Assembly (NCBI GenBank): GCA_001782165.1
Contig: MFNV01000002.1
Span: 15,747-79,746, forward strand
Source of the DNA: Candidatus Levybacteria bacterium RIFCSPHIGHO2_01_FULL_41_15
Lineage (GTDB): Bacteria > Patescibacteriota > Microgenomatia > Levybacterales > UBA12049
Direction: 5' to 3'
Length of the DNA stretch: 64,000 bases
Shown: positions 52,210 to 60,490 of the stretch, piece after piece
How the letters are laid out: every line of letters begins with the position of its first letter
Position numbering within the stretch: the first letter of the stretch is position 1
The notes under the pieces: model-generated
Told to the model about the DNA's origin: nothing
Seen by the model: the letters and a program-made list of their open reading frames with translations, nothing else
Databases searched by the model: none
Program-made: the position numbers and the translations under genes

Positions 52210-52768
52210 GGCTTGGACTTAATCCTCCTTTTCTGTCTGGAGAAATTATAGCAATAAGCTGTCTTCCTTCGAAGTGTTTTTCTCTTTCAATCCTAGAAAC
52301 ATCCGAAAGAGAATTTATGGCTTTAGTAAGTACATTCTCCCCAAATTCAGGATGTGCTATTTGTCTTCCTGCGAATTTTACTACAAATTTAACTTTATTT
52401 CCATCCCCAATAAATTCCCTGGCTTTTTTAATAATAACCATCAGGTCATGCTCATTCATGAAGGGACCCAGTCTTAATTCTTTGGTTTCAGAGGTTTTTG
52501 ATTTTCTTTTTTCTTCTCTTTTTTTCTTTTCTTCCTGATAAAGAAATTTTTTAAAATCTATTATTTTTACAACAGGAGGATTTGCATTTGGAGCAATTTC
52601 TACAAGATCAAGACCTAACATTCTTGCTTTTGAAAGAGCTTCCAGCTTGGAGAGTATACCTATCTGTTTTCCTGAACTATCAATAACACGCAACGTGTTT
52701 GAGAAAATAAACTCATTTGTTCTGTAGCGTCTTTTATTTTCCTGTTTTCTTCTAAATCTTTTTATCAA
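52175..52768 (-). CDS. infC: translation initiation factor IF-3
   Basis: IF3 N- and C-domains (LGLDLVEIAPNANPPVVKIIDFKKF); true start may be a downstream non-AUG codon; C-terminal tail overlaps rpmI. Confidence 0.8.
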   Translation of the reverse strand: MIKRFRRKQENKRRYRTNEFIFSNTLRVIDSSGKQIGILSKLEALSKARMLGLDLVEIAPNANPPVVKIIDFKKFLYQEEKKKREEKRKSKTSETKELRLGPFMNEHDLMVIIKKAREFIGDGNKVKFVVKFAGRQIAHPEFGENVLTKAINSLSDVSRIEREKHFEGRQLIAIISPDRKGGLSPSHAKAENKKIGK

Positions 52769-53954
52769 TTTCTTCTTTTAGTTTTTTTAGGAACTCGGGT
52801 ATTTTTATAAGTCCTAGATCTTTTCCCTCCCTTGTTCTTACCGAGATAGATTCGCTTCCTATTTCTTTGTCTCCTATTATACCCATGTATGGAACTTTTT
52901 GCAAAGTAGCGTCCCGTATTTTGGATTGAAGAGTTTTTCCCCTGTTATCAAATTCTGCCCGTATCCCTGATTTTAAAAGTTTCTCATAAATTTTCCTAGC
53001 CTCTCTATTTTGCCGCTCTGTTATAGGAAGTATTGAAATCTGAACAGGAGAAAGCCAGAAAGGCAGATTCCCCTGTGTATGTTCAAGCAGTATCCCTATG
53101 AATCTTTCGATTGAACCTGTTATTCCACAGTGGATCATAACAGGCTGTTTCTTCTTTCCGTCTTTATCAACATAAAATATTTCCATTTTTTGCGGAATTT
53201 GAAAATCCAACTGAATGGTTGCAAGCTGCCAATCCCGGCCATGTGAGTCTTTAATATGAATATCAATCTTCGGTCCGTAAAAAGCTCCGTCTTTGTGTTT
53301 TATACCAAAATTTACCTTGGCATTTTTTAATGCAATTTCTAAATCCTTTTCAGCTTCCTTCCAAGTTTTGACATCCCCCATTGCCTTATCGGGTCTTGTT
53401 GCCAGGTAAAACCTAGGTTTAAATCCCAATGATTTGTAAACCTCAATTACAAGTCTTAAGAGCTTACTTATCTCTTTCCCTATTTGATCCGGACGCACAA
53501 ACAAGTGGGCGTCATCGATAGTAAATTGCCTTACTCTAAAAGCTCCTCCCAGAACTCCCGTTAATTCATTCCTGTGAAGAATGCCGTATTCTGAAAGTTT
53601 TATGGGAAGATCAATATAGCTTCTAATTTGCGAACCGTAGACAATGGCTGACTCTGGGCAGTTCATTGGCTTTAGAGAATAAGCCTGGTCTTCTATTTGA
53701 AAATTAAACATATTTTCTCTAAAGTGTTCCAAATGCCCAGATTTTTTAAAGATACCCGTTTTTATCAGAACGGGGGTTGATATCTCCAAATACCCTTCCA
53801 ATAAAGTAGTGTTTCTTAAAAATTCCTGTAATGTCCGATATATAATCCAGCCTTTTGGATGCCAAAATATTGCTCCGGGAGCATATTCGTGAAAAGAAAA
53901 CAGGTCCAGTTCCTGTCCGATTTGTCTATGATCTTTAATCCCTGAGGTTTTCAT
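52752..53954 (-). CDS. thrS: threonyl-tRNA synthetase, catalytic core plus anticodon-binding domain only
   Basis: DHRQIGQELDLF and class II motifs; 400 aa with no N-terminal TGS/editing domains. Confidence 0.85.
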   Translation of the reverse strand: MKTSGIKDHRQIGQELDLFSFHEYAPGAIFWHPKGWIIYRTLQEFLRNTTLLEGYLEISTPVLIKTGIFKKSGHLEHFRENMFNFQIEDQAYSLKPMNCPESAIVYGSQIRSYIDLPIKLSEYGILHRNELTGVLGGAFRVRQFTIDDAHLFVRPDQIGKEISKLLRLVIEVYKSLGFKPRFYLATRPDKAMGDVKTWKEAEKDLEIALKNAKVNFGIKHKDGAFYGPKIDIHIKDSHGRDWQLATIQLDFQIPQKMEIFYVDKDGKKKQPVMIHCGITGSIERFIGILLEHTQGNLPFWLSPVQISILPITERQNREARKIYEKLLKSGIRAEFDNRGKTLQSKIRDATLQKVPYMGIIGDKEIGSESISVRTREGKDLGLIKIPEFLKKLKEEIDKKI

Positions 53955-53961
53955 TATTGCG

Positions 53962-54192
53962 CTATTTTACCAATTGAGGGTTGCTTTGTAAATTCGTAAG
54001 AACATAACTAGTTAGATTGGAGATAAAATCACCAATAAACGGAATCCATCCAACGTTTCTGAAAACATTCGTTAAAAGGAAAATGATTATAGAAATCCCC
54101 ACAGTTGCTCCAATAGCCCAGGCAAGTCCGCCTAGGAAATTATTGAGAAGAATTTCTTTTAAGGTTTTTGCAGCTTGTTCAAATCTTGCCAT
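53962..54192 (-). CDS. small membrane protein, hypothetical
   Basis: 76 aa with one long hydrophobic helix. Confidence 0.3.
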   Translation of the reverse strand: MARFEQAAKTLKEILLNNFLGGLAWAIGATVGISIIIFLLTNVFRNVGWIPFIGDFISNLTSYVLTNLQSNPQLVK

Positions 54193-54252
54193 AAATATAG
54201 TATAGCAGAGAAATTGTAATTAGCCATAGGTTTTGATAAAATCTTAAAGCGC

Positions 54253-54328
54253 GGATCCGTAGCTCAGTTGGTTAGAGCGTTGCATTGACATTGCAAAGGT
54301 CACTGGTTCGAGTCCAGTCGGATCCACC
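54253..54328 (+). tRNA. tRNA-Val(GAC)
   Basis: Acceptor GGAUCCG/CGGAUCC, D-arm GCUC-AGUUGGUUA-GAGC, anticodon stem UUGCA/UGCAA with loop UUGACAU, T-arm ACUGG-UUCGAGU-CCAGU. Confidence 0.85.
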
Positions 54329-54380
54329 GTTGATATTTGATGATATTTATTCGCTCATCCACTCTTCAAATAGAGGAATT

Positions 54381-55022
54381 TTATCCCGTCTGAGTTGCAA
54401 CCACGCGTTCGTTTGAGAGGCCAAAAGTTGTACCGTGTTTTCTAAACATTGCCCAGTAGTTTCTCTGTGCTTTTTTGCTTCTCATAACCTTAAGCCATGC
54501 TCCCGAATCTTCTATTTTTACTCTTGCCGCCTTTACTAATGATAACATCCATTGAAAGAATGAAATATGATATTCGCCGGGCTTCTCGATTCGCTGCTCT
54601 ACGGTTATTTCCTTAAACTCCATTGCAATCTCGGCAGATGTCTGAGAAAGCTTTTTAAGTTCAACGAGAATTTCCTGGATTTTTGACTGAATTACTCTTT
54701 GGTTTTCTCTCGTAGATACCCTCTCAGCGTCTATAATTTCCCTTCTATAATTTAGTCCTGATTCTTTGAATGGTGTTTCTTTTTTGGATTTTAAGATTAT
54801 CTCTTCCCCTTCTTTTAGATCCCCCGAGGTTTCGTCTTTCGAAGTATCTGCGCCGAGCATCTGTTCCCAAAGCTGGTTTATACCTTGTCTTCCCAAGTTA
54901 TTTAAGGCAGAGTCGGCAATGCCTGATCCTATCCCCTTAATGACCTCAATAGGGTTTTGATCTACAAAGCCTTGATGCGTTTTCCTAGTTGTTTTACCTT
55001 TCATAAGGCTTAAACTTATCAC
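54381..55022 (-). CDS. hypothetical protein
   Basis: 213-aa ORF, 4-nt overlap with tig. Confidence 0.3.
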   Translation of the reverse strand: MISLSLMKGKTTRKTHQGFVDQNPIEVIKGIGSGIADSALNNLGRQGINQLWEQMLGADTSKDETSGDLKEGEEIILKSKKETPFKESGLNYRREIIDAERVSTRENQRVIQSKIQEILVELKKLSQTSAEIAMEFKEITVEQRIEKPGEYHISFFQWMLSLVKAARVKIEDSGAWLKVMRSKKAQRNYWAMFRKHGTTFGLSNERVVATQTG

Positions 55023-55846
55023 AAATTCCTTAGAAAATCAAGTGTTTTCTGCTGTCTTAAGACACCTGCCAGAAGGTACTTATTGTCCTTAAGACTTTTT
55101 CTTTCGTTTTCATCTTTTGCATTCTTTATAGCATCATCGATCTCGCTCTCTGAAACTGTTATTTTTTCAACCTCTGCAATTTTTGCAAGTGCGAATTCAA
55201 GCCTGATATCATCCAGAGCTTTTTTTCCGTAGTCTCTTTTAAGATCATCAACGGTTTTTCTGGTTGAGACTAAATATTGATCTAAAGTAATGCCCAATCT
55301 TTTTATCTCGTCAAGAGTTTGAGCAAGAAGTCTCTCTGTCTCCTGCTCTACTATTATCCGAGAAACCTTAATTTCTATATTTTCCAAAAGAGTCCTAATA
55401 ATTTCCTCAATGCTAGTCTGCTTTTGGTCTTTTCCAGGTATTATAATTTTTCCTTTTGCGTTTAGAGTTTTTAATTCTTCTTTGTATTTACCAAGATCAA
55501 CTTGCGGAGCTTCACATGTTGTTGCTGTAAATGTCCAGATCCCGCCATCCTCAAGTTTCTCAACGTGAATTCTTGGATTAATGATGGGTTTTATGTCGTT
55601 ATTCTTGACAGCATCAGCATAAGCCTGGGGCAGAAGTTTTTTTAGAACTTCTTCTTTTATTTTTTCTTTGTCAACTTTTTGCTCGATTAATTTCCGAGGA
55701 GCTTTTCCTTTCCTAAATCCGGGAATACTTGCCGATTTCGCAGTCTCCTCAATGATCTCATTCACCGTTTTCTTAATAAGACCTTGAGGTATAGCGATGC
55801 TAAGTATTATAGTTCCGTCTTCTTCTCTTGCTACTTTATTTTCCAT
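55019..55846 (-). CDS. tig: trigger factor (short form without PPIase domain)
   Basis: Ribosome-binding signature GFRKGKAP in N-domain; 275 aa vs ~430 typical. Confidence 0.7.
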   Translation of the reverse strand: MENKVAREEDGTIILSIAIPQGLIKKTVNEIIEETAKSASIPGFRKGKAPRKLIEQKVDKEKIKEEVLKKLLPQAYADAVKNNDIKPIINPRIHVEKLEDGGIWTFTATTCEAPQVDLGKYKEELKTLNAKGKIIIPGKDQKQTSIEEIIRTLLENIEIKVSRIIVEQETERLLAQTLDEIKRLGITLDQYLVSTRKTVDDLKRDYGKKALDDIRLEFALAKIAEVEKITVSESEIDDAIKNAKDENERKSLKDNKYLLAGVLRQQKTLDFLRNL

Positions 55847-55852
55847 AAAAAG

Positions 55853-55920
55853 GGTGCGGACGGAGGGATTTGAATCCCCATGACCTTACGGTCAATAGGT
55901 CCTGCCCGCCTTACCAAAGC
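55853..55920 (-). other. tRNA-like fragment / possible pseudo-tRNA
   Basis: Has a T-arm-like GGGAUUCAAAUCCC and acceptor-like ends GCGGGCA...CGUCCGCACC, but only ~57 nt and no complete cloverleaf could be built. Confidence 0.3.
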
Positions 55921-55921
55921 C

Positions 55922-56004
55922 GGTGCCAAGGAGAGGAATCGAACCTCCATGCCTTTCGGCACATGGTCCTAAACCATGCGTGTCTACCGTTTCACCACCT
56001 TGGC
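55922..56004 (-). tRNA. tRNA-Leu(UAG)
   Basis: Acceptor GCCAAGG/CCUUGGC, anticodon stem CAUGG/CCAUG with loop UUUAGGA, long variable arm, T-arm GGAGG-UUCGAUU-CCUCU. Confidence 0.85.
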
Positions 56005-56154
56005 AAATCGGCGAGGCAGGTCTGCTCGCCTCGCTGACGATTTTGCGAAGCGGGCCGTTTCACCACGCCCGCATTTAAATTTACAATTTCTTTATTATTC
56101 CCGCCCGTAACCAATTTCATCGCTCTGGTCCGCGCATCTCAGATTATACAAAGT

Positions 56155-56709
56155 TTATAGCGAAATAGAAAGACTGTCCTGAGGATCAAGAAGAACAAAA
56201 CTTCCAATTCTTTCCATAAAACTTTCAACTCGCACAGCCCATGTGGGTGAGGCCGCATAAATTGCTCCAATCTCGTAAATATTAGTTGCTCCCCATCTGT
56301 CTATATAATTTTCTCTAAGACCCTTTGAAATCGTTGTGATTCCGTCCTCCCAGGACTTAAAGTACGTTACATTATTTCCATAAATTCCCCATCCCCAAGC
56401 GTTATATGTTCCATAGGGAATCTCAAGACCAAATGTAGACTCAACTCCTGATATAGCTGCAACCAATCTCCAGTCAAGATTATATTCATCTGCTCTGTCA
56501 ATAAAAACTTGAGCATAAGATGAGAGAGGAGAATTATAATATTCAAAGAAAGATCTTAAGGTTTTTACACGATTATCCTCACTATTTATTTCCCCTGCTT
56601 TTGCAAGCATGGCAGATGAGCCAGAAGATTTCTCAAAAGCGTAAGCTTCTCCGGTGAAAAGAGAGAATAAAATAAAAAGAATAACTAAAATAAATATTTT
56701 TGTTTTCAT
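56155..56709 (-). CDS. secreted glucosaminidase-like (GH73/FlgJ-like) peptidoglycan hydrolase, putative
   Basis: Signal peptide; LDWRLVAAISGVESTFG ... YNAWGWGIYG resembles glucosaminidase-domain motifs; paralogue of the next gene. Confidence 0.45.
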   Translation of the reverse strand: MKTKIFILVILFILFSLFTGEAYAFEKSSGSSAMLAKAGEINSEDNRVKTLRSFFEYYNSPLSSYAQVFIDRADEYNLDWRLVAAISGVESTFGLEIPYGTYNAWGWGIYGNNVTYFKSWEDGITTISKGLRENYIDRWGATNIYEIGAIYAASPTWAVRVESFMERIGSFVLLDPQDSLSISL

Positions 56710-56890
56710 ATTGGATTCTTCTAGAACACAAATAGAACACGGGTTTACGCGGAAAAAGATATGACGTTAAAAGCCATTAAAAAATCCTAACGTATGCATT
56801 TGGAAATGGCATACCTTAGGATCTGGGGGAATTATAGTACATAACTATAGGTTTGTCAAGTCCCAAACTATAGGTTTACATAGGGGTTTA

Positions 56891-57463
56891 TTAAAGCTGA
56901 TTCATGAAGTGGCTGACCGCATACGCCCAGGAACCGTTGTTTGAAGGTGTGTATTTTGTCATTATCTGCTCAGGAGTAACAAGCCCGATAGCCTTGTAAT
57001 CTTTGGAGAGCGTTTTTGCTACCGCCTCTATGGCTTCCTCAAAGCCTGAGAAGCTTATTACCTTCTTTCCATAAATTCCAAAGCCCCAGCAATTGTAAGA
57101 ATTTGAAGGGGCTTTCTTACAAAGATTTGATTCCTGCATTGCTATCGCAGGTAGGAGTCTATAATCGAGATCATATTTTTCAGAAGCTTCTATCAGTTTG
57201 TTTGAAAAAGGCTCAAGGGGAGAGTTGTAGCGGGCAAAGAAATCTCGAAGATTCTCTGTCCGTCCGTCCCTTGATAAAATCTGGTCTTCAAGAAGATTAT
57301 CCGAGCTCGGTAAAGCTGCAAATGCAACAGATTTGTTTACCCTTGATAAAAGATCATTGTTTGCGCTTTTTGTGTATGAAAAATAAGAAAGGTAAGCCAA
57401 GGCTAGAAAGAGTACGAATGGAGTCATCAGAAAGAAGGTTGTGGACAGAATTAACTTCTTCAT
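56891..57463 (-). CDS. secreted glucosaminidase-like protein (paralogue)
   Basis: LDYRLLPAIAMQES ... YNCWGFGIYG; the ORF-track start at 57565 overlaps tRNA-Gly, so the internal Met MKKLILSTTFF (signal peptide) is preferred as start. Confidence 0.45.
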   Translation of the reverse strand: MKKLILSTTFFLMTPFVLFLALAYLSYFSYTKSANNDLLSRVNKSVAFAALPSSDNLLEDQILSRDGRTENLRDFFARYNSPLEPFSNKLIEASEKYDLDYRLLPAIAMQESNLCKKAPSNSYNCWGFGIYGKKVISFSGFEEAIEAVAKTLSKDYKAIGLVTPEQIMTKYTPSNNGSWAYAVSHFMNQL

Positions 57464-57521
57464 TAATACCTTATCTTGGCATACTTTAGATTCAGTTGTC
57501 AAGTTTAGTCGGGTGAGATTT

Positions 57522-57593
57522 TGAGCGGCGGAGGGGAGTTGAACCCCCGACATCTTCCTTGGCAAGGAAGCATTCTACCGCTGAATTACCGCC
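57522..57593 (-). tRNA. tRNA-Gly(GCC)
   Basis: Acceptor GCGGCGG/CCGCCGC, anticodon stem CUUCC/GGAAG with loop UUGCCAA, T-arm GGGGG-UUCAACU-CCCCU, discriminator U. Confidence 0.85.
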
Positions 57594-57651
57594 GCACTTC
57601 GTCGCTTTGCTCCTCAGTGTAAACTTTCTAGCTTGCCCTGAGCGCAGGCAA

Positions 57652-57726
57652 AGGGTGCCGAAGCGGTGAATCGAACACCGATAACGTGTTCTTCAGACAC
57701 GCGCCTTGACCACGTTGGCAACTTCG
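57652..57726 (-). tRNA. tRNA-Phe(GAA)
   Basis: Acceptor GCCGAAG/CUUCGGC, anticodon stem CGUGU/ACACG with loop CUGAAGA, T-arm CGGUG-UUCGAUU-CACCG. Confidence 0.85.
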
Positions 57727-57730
57727 GCAA

Positions 57731-57803
57731 TGTGGGTACTGAGGGGCTCGAACCCCCGACATTTGCGATGTAAACGCAACGCTCTACCAACTGAGCTAAG
57801 TAC
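57731..57803 (-). tRNA. tRNA-Val(UAC)
   Basis: Acceptor GGGUACU/AGUACCC, D-arm GCUC-AGUUGGUA-GAGC, anticodon stem UUGCG/CGCAA with loop UUUACAU. Confidence 0.85.
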
Positions 57804-58041
57804 CCATAATTAATTTTTTTAACTTATCTCTCCCTTTACCAGTTTTTAAGAATAATTCTCTTTTTCGTGCTTCTAATCTAGTCCGATATTCTTCTTTGTA
57901 GATCAACTTGAAAGGTTTTGTTAAACTTGTATACTTACCATGTCCAGAATTATGTTCATGTAGCCGCCTTTCAATATTATTAGTTGATCCAGTATAAAGC
58001 CTATCATTTCTTAAGCTTTTTAATATGTAAACGTACCACAT
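57796..58041 (-). CDS. GIY-YIG nuclease-family protein (small, stand-alone URI domain)
   Basis: WYVYILKS...DRLYTGSTNNIERRLHEHNSG matches the GIY-YIG motifs; the ORF-track ORF extends to 58080, but the Met at MWYVYIL (58041) is preferred because upstream codons overlap a tRNA-like sequence; 3' end overlaps the tRNA-Val 5' end by ~8 nt. Confidence 0.65.
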   Translation of the reverse strand: MWYVYILKSLRNDRLYTGSTNNIERRLHEHNSGHGKYTSLTKPFKLIYKEEYRTRLEARKRELFLKTGKGRDKLKKLIMGT

Positions 58042-58095
58042 TATATCTGACCTGTCGCCTGAGGCGACCGCTCTAGCCAACTGAGCTACGAATCC
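58042..58095 (-). other. truncated tRNA 5' half (acceptor, D-arm, anticodon stem, variable loop) abutting the GIY-YIG start
   Basis: GGAUUCG-UA-GCUCAGUUGGCUAGAGC-G-GUCGC-CUCAG-GCGAC-AGGUC, then the sequence runs straight into ...AUAUAAUG of the GIY-YIG ORF; anticodon loop only 5 nt; no T-arm or 3' acceptor strand found downstream. Confidence 0.4.
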
Positions 58096-58227
58096 AGGCT
58101 CTGGCGGACGCGTGTAAACGAGACGCTCTTTCCACGCCTGTCAAGCAGGCGAGCTCAGCTAACGCCTCCGCTCCAACTGAGCTAGGAGTCCGATTGCTTG
58201 CCCTGAGCGAGCGAAGCGAACCGAACG

Positions 58228-58316
58228 GGTGCCGAGGACAGGACTTGAACCTGCACGCCTTTTTTAAGGGCACAAGAACCTCAATCTTGCGTGTATACCA
58301 GTTTCACCACCTCGGC
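58228..58316 (-). tRNA. tRNA-Leu(GAG)
   Basis: Acceptor GCCGAGG/CCUCGGC, anticodon stem CAAGA/UCUUG with loop UUGAGGU, long variable arm UGCCCUUAAAAAAGGCGU, T-arm GCAGG-UUCAAGU-CCUGU. Confidence 0.8.
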
Positions 58317-58430
58317 GTGGATAGATATTATATCATCTACTCAATTAATCCTCTACTCTCTCTGGCAGCGAATCAAACTCTCACGCCCTGCGGGCACTAA
58401 CTTCTGAAGCTAGTCTGCCTGCCCGCCATA

Positions 58431-58513
58431 GTGCCAGGAAGAGGACTCGAACCTCCAAGGGTTACCCCATACGGTTCTGAACCGTACGCGTCTACCGGTT
58501 TCGCCATCCTGGC
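58431..58513 (-). tRNA. tRNA-Leu(CAG)
   Basis: Acceptor GCCAGGA/UCCUGGC, anticodon stem UACGG/CCGUA with loop UUCAGAA, long variable arm, T-arm GGAGG-UUCGAGU-CCUCU. Confidence 0.85.
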
Positions 58514-58624
58514 ATGGCAGGCGGGTCTGCCGATTCCAACACCAGAGCATATTCGGCGATTATCTTAATTTTACCAAAAAGCCTCGGAGTTGACAATTTT
58601 CCCCGAATATAAGATTATATATTC

Positions 58625-59221
58625 GTGAAGAAATGGTTGATATTTCTTCTCGTCTTAATTTTAATAGTATTTGTTGCGGGCTTTGCATTTTTTCAAGGTA
58701 ACAGAGAAGCTAAGGAAACTGAGAGCAAGACAAAGATAGAGAAAAAAGAAAAATCTATGACCATAACAAGTCCGGCTTTTGGCAACAATCAAAAAATTCC
58801 AGGCAAGTACACTTGTGACGGAGAAAATATAAGTCCGCCTCTTGAATTTTCCGATATTCCAAAAAATGCACAAAGCCTTGTTTTGATAGCTGATGATCCT
58901 GATGCGCCTTCAAAAACCTGGGTCCATTGGATAGTTTACAATATAGATCCGTCAACAAAAAAAGTTGAAGAAAATTCGGTTCCTCAAAGTGGAATTCAAG
59001 GTATGACTGATTTTGGAGAGGAAGGATACGGCGGCCCATGTCCCCCACCTGCTTTGCAGAATCGAGACGAGTCAGGAACCCACAGATATTTTTTTAAACT
59101 TTATGCTCTGGATAGAATGCTTGATGTGCCAGAGGGACTTGCCAAACAACAAATTCTTGAGAAAATGGATGGATTAGTAGCGGATGAGGCGGAATTAGTC
59201 GGACTTTATAGCAGAAAATAA
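58625..59221 (+). CDS. YbhB/YbcL-family PEBP (Raf-kinase-inhibitor-like) protein, membrane-anchored or secreted
   Basis: GYGGPCPP and HRYFFKLYALD PEBP signatures; GTG start; TTGACA-N17-GATTAT hexamers end ~7 nt before the start (possibly leaderless). Confidence 0.8.
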   Translation: MKKWLIFLLVLILIVFVAGFAFFQGNREAKETESKTKIEKKEKSMTITSPAFGNNQKIPGKYTCDGENISPPLEFSDIPKNAQSLVLIADDPDAPSKTWVHWIVYNIDPSTKKVEENSVPQSGIQGMTDFGEEGYGGPCPPPALQNRDESGTHRYFFKLYALDRMLDVPEGLAKQQILEKMDGLVADEAELVGLYSRK

Positions 59222-59270
59222 TTTATTGTCGCCTCACCGCGACAAATTAAAAGAATGGAGGTGAGGCAAC

Positions 59271-59519
59271 GTGAGTGATAAACCGATCGGAAAAGTTGTA
59301 CATTATTACGATAAGATAGGAGTTGCAATAGTAAGGCTTGGAGGAAAATTGAAAGCCGGAAGCAAATTAAAATTTGCTAAGGGTGATAGTGAATTTAAAC
59401 AGGTCGCAGAATCAATGCAACTTCAACATAAGCAAATTGATGAAGGTAAAAAGGGGCAAGAAATAGGTATTAAGGTCGATCAAAAAACACCCGAAGGAAC
59501 ACTCGTCTACCCCGCTTAA
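59271..59519 (+). CDS. hypothetical small protein
   Basis: 82-aa ORF with GAGGTGAGG SD-like sequence upstream. Confidence 0.3.
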   Translation: MSDKPIGKVVHYYDKIGVAIVRLGGKLKAGSKLKFAKGDSEFKQVAESMQLQHKQIDEGKKGQEIGIKVDQKTPEGTLVYPA

Positions 59520-59660
59520 TTTCTATTCCGTAGCTGAGCATACCGGTCAGGACCCATTATATCACTATAGCGGTGTCTCGTTTTTGGGACTAAACTTGAT
59601 TTTCAAAAGTATGTGAGATAAATAATATAATATGAAACTGTTTTACATCAGCGATTACTC

Positions 59661-60202
59661 ATGAAAAATAATAAAAAACCTCAAGTTTCCGCAATTGTTC
59701 CTGTTTTTAATGAAGGGGGAAGAGTCGGAAAAGTTATTGACACCCTACTTAAATCTGACTTGATTGATGAAGTTATCTGCATAAACGACGGATCATCTGA
59801 TGGGAGTCTTAAGATTTTAAAAGGATTCGGCAATAAGATAAAATTGATAAACTTTAAAAAAATCAAGGTAAAGGTACAGCGGTCGCAGAGGGAATTGAAG
59901 AAGCAAGAGGAGATTTTTTATTCTTTTGTGACAGCGATTTGATAAACCTCACATCTGGGCATATCGAAAAAATGATCAGTCCAATTTTGGAAGGAGAAGC
60001 ACGTGTTGTTTTTGCCGTCCCTACTCAAAATAAAACTGGGAAATATTGGAGACATGAAGTATTCCTTGCTGGTGAAAGAATTTATCCAAGAGACGCTTTA
60101 CTTCCTCACGTCTCCAAACTTTCTAGAACTAAGGGGGTAGGAGGCAGCGAAGTTTATCTAAACACTTTATTTAGGAGAAAAGAAATAAAATTGTTCCATT
60201 AA
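59661..60202 (+). pseudogene. family-2 glycosyltransferase gene disrupted by a frameshift at an A7 homopolymer (59856-59862)
   Basis: ORF 59661-59942 encodes the GT2 N-terminus (SAIVPVFNEG...INDGSSDGS). An 8-A tract would read ...FKKNQGKGTAVAEGIEEARGDFLFFCDSDLINLT and join ORF 59939-60202. A further ORF-like continuation without an ATG follows at 60202-60478 in another frame. Confidence 0.6.
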
Positions 60203-60490
60203 TAGGATTAAAAAAGCCGTTCAAAGGAAGTAAATGGTCTTCATCTCTTGCTCTAAAACAAGGTTTACTTTCAGTAATTGGTGTACTTCAGGAATCAGGA
60301 CGAATTGAAATCAACTCAATAAGCGACCTAAAACAACTAGAAAATCTTGTACATGTGGATACTTTTGAGAGTTTAATAACAAAAATAGGAGAAATTAAAA
60401 ATAAAAAAATTAAATCAATTTTGAAAAGATATTTCTTGAAATACGTTACAAAATACGTCAAAAAGATTATAGTTTGAAAATATTTGTCTC

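Noticed and set aside
54381-55846. A single full-length trigger factor spanning 54381-55846 with a frameshift
   Set aside because: The downstream ORF (54381-55022) shows no similarity to the TF PPIase or C-terminal domains. The 275-aa TF ORF ends with a normal stop and a 4-nt coupled overlap. Interpreted as a naturally short TF plus a separate gene.
58100-58195. A sixth tRNA between the truncated tRNA half and tRNA-Leu(GAG)
   Set aside because: The sequence begins like a tRNA (GGACUCC-UA-GCUCAGUUGGAGC), but no matching 3' acceptor strand, 7-nt anticodon loop or T-arm could be built on either strand.
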